A stretch of DNA of 64,000 nt from Akkermansiaceae bacterium (lineage in GTDB: Bacteria > Verrucomicrobiota > Verrucomicrobiia > Verrucomicrobiales > Akkermansiaceae): contig JBPOGF010000001.1 of the NCBI GenBank assembly GCA_051251915.1, positions 352,001 through 416,000 on the forward strand, written 5' to 3'. This document shows positions 59,154-64,000 of the stretch, in pieces. Below the pieces are notes generated by a model that was given only the letters and a program-made list of their open reading frames with translations, did not search any database and had not been told where the DNA came from. Made by a program: the position numbers and the translations under genes. Every line of letters begins with the position of its first letter. Position 1 is the first letter of the stretch.

Positions 59154-60066
59154 ACAACACGCTAAATTTATTTTACAGAGTTACAGACCAGATGGTGCGG
59201 ATGCGTCAAATCCGGATTTTGCTGAGGCACTAAAGGTAGCTGCGGAAGACCGTGAGCTGGGTTCATGGTTGGCTGATGAACGCGCTCATGATGCAGTGTT
59301 TGCGGAAGCACTTAGTAGTGTGGATATTCCTGAAGGACTAAGGGATGAAATCTTTGCCGTGATGGAGAATGACGGAGGAGGGAAAGATCTCTCATCTGAG
59401 CTAGATGCTTTATTTGTAGGGGCGATGGCGCATGTTACTCCTCCTGCTGGCTTGAGAGATCAGATTATCTCGGCTATGGAAGTAGAGCGTGATTTGGATC
59501 AGAAACCTGAGGAGGGCAAGATAGTGAAGTTTCCGATGCGCTGGCTGAACTTGGCAGCGGTGGCCGCGGTGTTAGTGCTAGGGGTGACCTTTATTTTACC
59601 TGGAGGTGCTGGACCTAAAGCTAGTGTTGATCAGTTAAATCTGGCAGAGTTGCAGGTGGGATCTGGGAGGTTTCTGAATGCGTCTCATGAAGTCGATATT
59701 TCTAACGATTCATTAGAGGGGGTAAACACCTGGCTAGAGCGTGAAGGAATGCCTGTGGCTATAACGATGCCAAAGGGGTTGATTTCTTGTGATGTGAAGG
59801 GTGGTAAAAAGCTTATTTTGGATAATGGAGTTCAAGCTTCTATGATTCTGTTTGATAAGAAGGACGCGGGAGAATTTTACCTTATGGTGTTAGATGTAAA
59901 TTCTATTGAAGATGCTGAGAAGCTGGTGAAAATGTCTGAGGTGAAGTTGAAGGAATGTTATAGCTGTCCTGTGACACATTTCAATGTGACGACGTGGAAA
60001 GATGACACCAAGGCTTATATGCTGCTGACTAAAGCCGAGTCTCAACTGATGGACGAGTTGTTTTAA
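59146..60066 (+). CDS. Putative anti-sigma factor (single TM)
   Basis: MD..HAKFILQSYRPDGADA; TM; overlaps the sigma stop. Confidence 0.82.
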   Translation: MDKQHAKFILQSYRPDGADASNPDFAEALKVAAEDRELGSWLADERAHDAVFAEALSSVDIPEGLRDEIFAVMENDGGGKDLSSELDALFVGAMAHVTPPAGLRDQIISAMEVERDLDQKPEEGKIVKFPMRWLNLAAVAAVLVLGVTFILPGGAGPKASVDQLNLAELQVGSGRFLNASHEVDISNDSLEGVNTWLEREGMPVAITMPKGLISCDVKGGKKLILDNGVQASMILFDKKDAGEFYLMVLDVNSIEDAEKLVKMSEVKLKECYSCPVTHFNVTTWKDDTKAYMLLTKAESQLMDELF

Positions 60067-60075
60067 TGAGGGAGA

Positions 60076-60432
60076 CTATTCCTCAGAGGAATCTTTAGGG
60101 AGTGGCTGAGCGAGGACGAATGGGGTGATGACCACCGCTGTGAAGCGGGTTTGGTCATACTCCCACCAGTCTTCATGAAGGTGAGAGGGCTTCACTAAGT
60201 CCGCTGACTTAAGCCAAGCTTGTACTTGGGTTTTATCATCTTTAGTGAAGGCCTCGGCTACTTCTGTGAGTGTGAGCTCGGGATCTACATAGATCATGGC
60301 ACCAGTTTTATAGTGCGGTTTGAGGTAGTTCCAGTCCACATCACCAGTGTACTTGGCTATTTTATCTCCAGCAGATGCTAGGTCTTCACCTAGAACATCG
60401 TACTGGAGTTTTTTGGAGTTTTCTTCTGCCAT
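60076..60432 (-). CDS. DUF2288-family protein
   Basis: W..L.PH...G....VDP.L.L.EVA.A...DD...V..WL; A....PFVL.Q. Confidence 0.82.
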   Translation of the reverse strand: MAEENSKKLQYDVLGEDLASAGDKIAKYTGDVDWNYLKPHYKTGAMIYVDPELTLTEVAEAFTKDDKTQVQAWLKSADLVKPSHLHEDWWEYDQTRFTAVVITPFVLAQPLPKDSSEE

Positions 60433-60474
60433 GATAATACCTGTTAGGGATATGTTACTGGTTACTCGATTTTA

Positions 60475-61626
60475 CTATAGGTTGGTCCAGGCTGCGTTGT
60501 TTTTAGATGAGGCAACGGCGGCTTCGATGAATGCCATTCCGCGGATACCATCGTCCATGGATGCGTAGTCATAGCTTGGTTTTTCTTCACCGTTGAGCCT
60601 GTCTTTCACGTGTTGACTGAATGCTACGTAGATATTTGCAAATGCTTCTAAGTATCCTTCTGGGTGCGAAGCTGGTGTGCGTGTGGCATTGGCTGCTGAT
60701 TCACAGACGTAGTTATTACCTGTTCGATAAATCTGGGTTGGTTGATCGAGGTGTTTTACGAGGAGTGTGTTTGGCTCATGTTGGTGCCATTCAAGTCCTC
60801 CTTTTTCACCATAAATACGGATGTTCAGGTTGTTCTCTTCGCCGACAGAAATCTGTGATGCGTGGAGGACCCCTTTGGCTCCGTTGTCAAAACGCAGGAG
60901 AATGTTGCCGTCGTCATCTAGTAATCTACCGTCAACGAATGTGGTGAGGTCTGCGGCGAGTTCTTTGATCTCAAGACCGGTGATGTATTCCGCTAGGTTC
61001 TCAGCGTGGGTACCGATGTCACCAATGCAACCAGCAGCTCCTGATCTCTTAGGGTCAGTTCTCCATTGAGCTTGTTTCATACCGGTGTCTTCTAGCTTGG
61101 TAGCGAGGTAGCCCTGTGGGTATTCAACTACGATCTTTCTGATTTTACCGAGGTCACCGTTTTGGACTAGATGTTTGGCTTGTTTGACCATTGGGTAGCC
61201 AGTGTAGGTGTGGGTGAGGCCGTAGATGAGGCCGGTTTTATCGACAATCTTTTTGAGTTCTATTGCTTCTGCGTGGTCGAGTGTGGCTGGTTTGTCTGAA
61301 AGGACGTGGAAGCCAGCTTCGAGGGCTGCTTTAGCGGCGGGGAAGTGGACGTGGTTTGGAGTGACGATGACTACGAAATCCATTCTTTCTCCTAGTGGAA
61401 GAGCCGCTTCTTTTTCCATCATATCAGCGAAGGAATTATAGCTGCGGTCTTCTGGTAGATAGAGTTCTTTGCCTGTAGCGCGTGATGTCTCGGGGTTTGA
61501 TGAGAACGCTCCGCAGACGAGTTCGACTTGTTGATCGATGGATGCAGCGATGCGGTGGACTGCGCCGATGAAAGCACCTTGGCCGCCGCCGACCATTCCC
61601 ATACGAATTTTTCTATGAATACTCAT
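60475..61626 (-). CDS. Gfo/Idh/MocA-family oxidoreductase
   Basis: GMVGGG.GAFIGAVHR, TPNHVH, DKP, GDIGTH. Confidence 0.95.
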   Translation of the reverse strand: MSIHRKIRMGMVGGGQGAFIGAVHRIAASIDQQVELVCGAFSSNPETSRATGKELYLPEDRSYNSFADMMEKEAALPLGERMDFVVIVTPNHVHFPAAKAALEAGFHVLSDKPATLDHAEAIELKKIVDKTGLIYGLTHTYTGYPMVKQAKHLVQNGDLGKIRKIVVEYPQGYLATKLEDTGMKQAQWRTDPKRSGAAGCIGDIGTHAENLAEYITGLEIKELAADLTTFVDGRLLDDDGNILLRFDNGAKGVLHASQISVGEENNLNIRIYGEKGGLEWHQHEPNTLLVKHLDQPTQIYRTGNNYVCESAANATRTPASHPEGYLEAFANIYVAFSQHVKDRLNGEEKPSYDYASMDDGIRGMAFIEAAVASSKNNAAWTNL

Positions 61627-61633
61627 GGTTCAA

Positions 61634-62677
61634 TTATTGGTTGTCGTTATCAAATGCGGAGTCGAAGAGTCCGTTATTGTTTGTAGGGAAGTCTAGAGCT
61701 TTTACGTAGGCGCAGGATTCTGTGGCACCGTGGAAGCGGTCCATACGAGCATCTTCCCATTCTACTGAGAGAGGGCCGCCGTAGTTGGTGTCATTGAGAG
61801 CGACGATGATTTCTTCAAAGTTAATGTCGCCTCTTCCGATAGAGCGGAAATCCCAGTTTCTGCGTGGATCTGCAAATTCTGTGTGTCCGCCGAATACGCC
61901 GACTGATCCGTCACCGTGTCCCCACCATACGTCTTTCATGTGGACGTGGAAGATGCGGTCTGAGAACTGGTAAATGAATTTCACATAGTCGACACCTTGG
62001 TAACCGAAGTGTGATGGGTCGTAGTTGAAGCCGAATCGTTTGTGTCCTTTGACTGCTTCGATAGCGCGCTCAGCAGATGCGATGTCGAATGCGATTTCTG
62101 TAGGGTGTACTTCTAGCCCGAAGTTCACGTCTACTGTTTCGTAGGCATCAAGAATGCGGGTGAATCTGGTGCCGAAGTCATCAAATCCAGCTTGGAGGTA
62201 TTCTTGTGAAGTTGGAGGGAATGAGTAGAGGGCATGCCAGATAGATGAGCCAGTGAATCCGTTGACTACAGCTGGGAAGTTGATGTCTTTTAGGGCGTCA
62301 GGCTTGGCGTCCATGAATTTTCTGCATGCTTGACCAGCCTTGATCATGTGCTCTTCTGAGCGGCGGCGCACACCTTCAGGATCTCCATCACCCCAGACGT
62401 CTCCAGGTAGGATTGCTTTGTGGCGGGCATCGATGTTGTCACAGATGGCTTGGCCTACGAGGTGGTTTGAGATGGCGTAACAGTTGAGTCCATTTTCTTG
62501 GAGTAGTGCCCATTTGTCAGAGATGTAAGAAGCATCGTTGAGAGCTTTATCTACGTAAAAGTGGTCTCCCCAGCATGCAAGTTCAACTCCGTCATAGCCC
62601 ATTTCTTTGACTTTAGGAAGAAGTTCAGCGAGCGGTAAATCTGCCCATTGACCAGTGAATAGTGTGGTAGGTCTCAT
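61634..62677 (-). CDS. Sugar phosphate isomerase/epimerase (IolE-like TIM barrel)
   Basis: [33 protein letters not shown]. Confidence 0.92.
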   Translation of the reverse strand: MRPTTLFTGQWADLPLAELLPKVKEMGYDGVELACWGDHFYVDKALNDASYISDKWALLQENGLNCYAISNHLVGQAICDNIDARHKAILPGDVWGDGDPEGVRRRSEEHMIKAGQACRKFMDAKPDALKDINFPAVVNGFTGSSIWHALYSFPPTSQEYLQAGFDDFGTRFTRILDAYETVDVNFGLEVHPTEIAFDIASAERAIEAVKGHKRFGFNYDPSHFGYQGVDYVKFIYQFSDRIFHVHMKDVWWGHGDGSVGVFGGHTEFADPRRNWDFRSIGRGDINFEEIIVALNDTNYGGPLSVEWEDARMDRFHGATESCAYVKALDFPTNNNGLFDSAFDNDNQ

Positions 62678-62686
62678 AGTGTAATT

Positions 62687-64000
62687 TTATTGGTTTATAT
62701 GTTTAGTTAGAAGTTGGAAATACTCTTGCAGTTGGTTTGAGTAAAAGCCAGCCATAAATGGTTCCGGCTTAGTTTCTGGATTTTTGTCATCGCGAATTAG
62801 TTTTTTCAAGATAGCTGAAATTGGTTGATGTTCGGAAATAAGGTAGGGGGTCATTGTTCCTATCAGTTCATTATTCTTTTCAGGTTTGTAATACGTAGGC
62901 AATTGAAAAATGTTGGAGCAGAGTAATCTAAGTGATGCCAGGGCTGAGCCTTCGCCTGTGATTGTGAGTTCTGTGGAGTTCTCATCTGCCCATTGGCAAA
63001 ATAGTTGCAGGTGGAGGATCTGGCCTGTGGTCATGGAGAGCAAGGTAGCCTCAGATTGATCTGCTGCAGGAATGGCGTCTGATTCTTTGGTTAGAAATGG
63101 TAGTGTGGGTAAGCTTCCCGATGTAGGCAGTGCATCTAGCTGGCTTTCAATTCTATTTAGATTGAGGTTTAGGTTCTCGATGGTTTGCTTAAATGTAGTT
63201 AGGCCATTATTTAGTGTGAATTTGGTTAGGAATCCACCCATCGGGTGGATGCTGACGGTGGCGTGGTTTGGGATGTGTTCCGGTAGGTTTTTGATATAGT
63301 TGGTATAATCGTATCTATCTCCAAGGTTGAGCAGGGATGAGCTAGGCTCAAAAACTCCATGTCCTAGCGCGGTGGCTGCATCTTTGCTTAACCATGGGAA
63401 ACACTCTACTTCATCTGAGAAACCATACTTGTATGTAAAGTAGTCTGCGATTTTGCCTGATGGCTTATTGCATTTAGTCAGGATTGGTAGCTTTTCTTTG
63501 AGGTTAGGGGCTGTGCAGTCTAATAGGTCGTGATGCCAATCAGCTAGCTTGATATCATAGAGTCCCAACTGCGCTGTATCAGATAGCTCTAGGGGAGCAG
63601 ATCTGCCGATGAGGATAGACTGGATAAATGAACTAGTAACATGGATAGCTTTGGTTTGTTCCCATGCTTCTTTTGATGAGGAATAGAACTTGTGAATCTG
63701 GGCGGCTCCCTTGGATGAGTCTAGACTAGAGCCTATGATCTGAGCTATCTGGGTGGTTCTTGGGAGCTTACTTCTGATGGATTCCGCATTCTTAGTAGCA
63801 GAAGAGTCTATGCTTATTGGGCTGATTCTAGTTACATAGCTGGATCTAAGCTGATCAATGAGGGGGACGTTAGGATTCAGGCTTGAAACTGATTCTTGCC
63901 ATTTCTCGTTGAGGAAGATGAGCGAGGGAGCAGCTAGACCTGAAATGGTAGTGACCGCTGATAGATCTGCTCCCATTTCTAGGAGTCGGTCCAATAATCC
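62687..64000 (-). CDS. FGGY/xylulokinase-like protein, 5'-truncated by window edge, degenerate motifs
   Basis: SP...DSS, QI.KF, IH..SSFI.S.L.G, L...APNL.EKLP, YF..KYGF, P.GGF. Confidence 0.75.
   Translation of the reverse strand, partial: GLLDRLLEMGADLSAVTTISGLAAPSLIFLNEKWQESVSSLNPNVPLIDQLRSSYVTRISPISIDSSATKNAESIRSKLPRTTQIAQIIGSSLDSSKGAAQIHKFYSSSKEAWEQTKAIHVTSSFIQSILIGRSAPLELSDTAQLGLYDIKLADWHHDLLDCTAPNLKEKLPILTKCNKPSGKIADYFTYKYGFSDEVECFPWLSKDAATALGHGVFEPSSSLLNLGDRYDYTNYIKNLPEHIPNHATVSIHPMGGFLTKFTLNNGLTTFKQTIENLNLNLNRIESQLDALPTSGSLPTLPFLTKESDAIPAADQSEATLLSMTTGQILHLQLFCQWADENSTELTITGEGSALASLRLLCSNIFQLPTYYKPEKNNELIGTMTPYLISEHQPISAILKKLIRDDKNPETKPEPFMAGFYSNQLQEYFQLLTKHINQ

Noticed and set aside
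1..64000. tRNA/rRNA genes, integrase, transposase, reverse transcriptase/DGR, selenoprotein UGA readthrough
   Set aside because: No supporting motifs seen by eye; tRNAscan-SE, cmscan and HMM searches would be needed to exclude them fully

Overview
A gene-dense 64 kb chromosomal segment from a Verrucomicrobiota bacterium, probably a marine Verrucomicrobiales. The assignment rests on a PVC-type heme-binding protein, a PEP-CTERM protein, an extended L34 and SD-poor leaders. Most genes are housekeeping: selU, fhs, galE, nadA, pyrH-frr-trxB, plsY-gpsA, aspS, rpmH-rnpA-yidD-yidC, thiD, tal and nadE. There are also three ECF sigma/anti-sigma loci. I found no rRNA, tRNA, CRISPR array, integrase or transposase. 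The most interesting region is 20.4-34.7 kb. There, an ECF sigma precedes a 1435-aa anti-sigma/vWA (YfbK-like) protein whose middle looks like an out-of-order patchwork of secretin and Wzc-like fragments. Next comes a 2310-aa repeat-module protein with an internal signal peptide; 30 codons near its 3' end abruptly switch to opposite-strand codon usage, beside an atypical secreted Lon-type protease gene. Other signals are an extreme window-wide G/T strand skew, a frameshifted ParE/RelE toxin missed by the ORF track, shuffled intergenic repeat modules, heptamer arrays at stop codons, and several apparently inactive enzyme homologs. All family assignments come from motif recognition; no searches were run.
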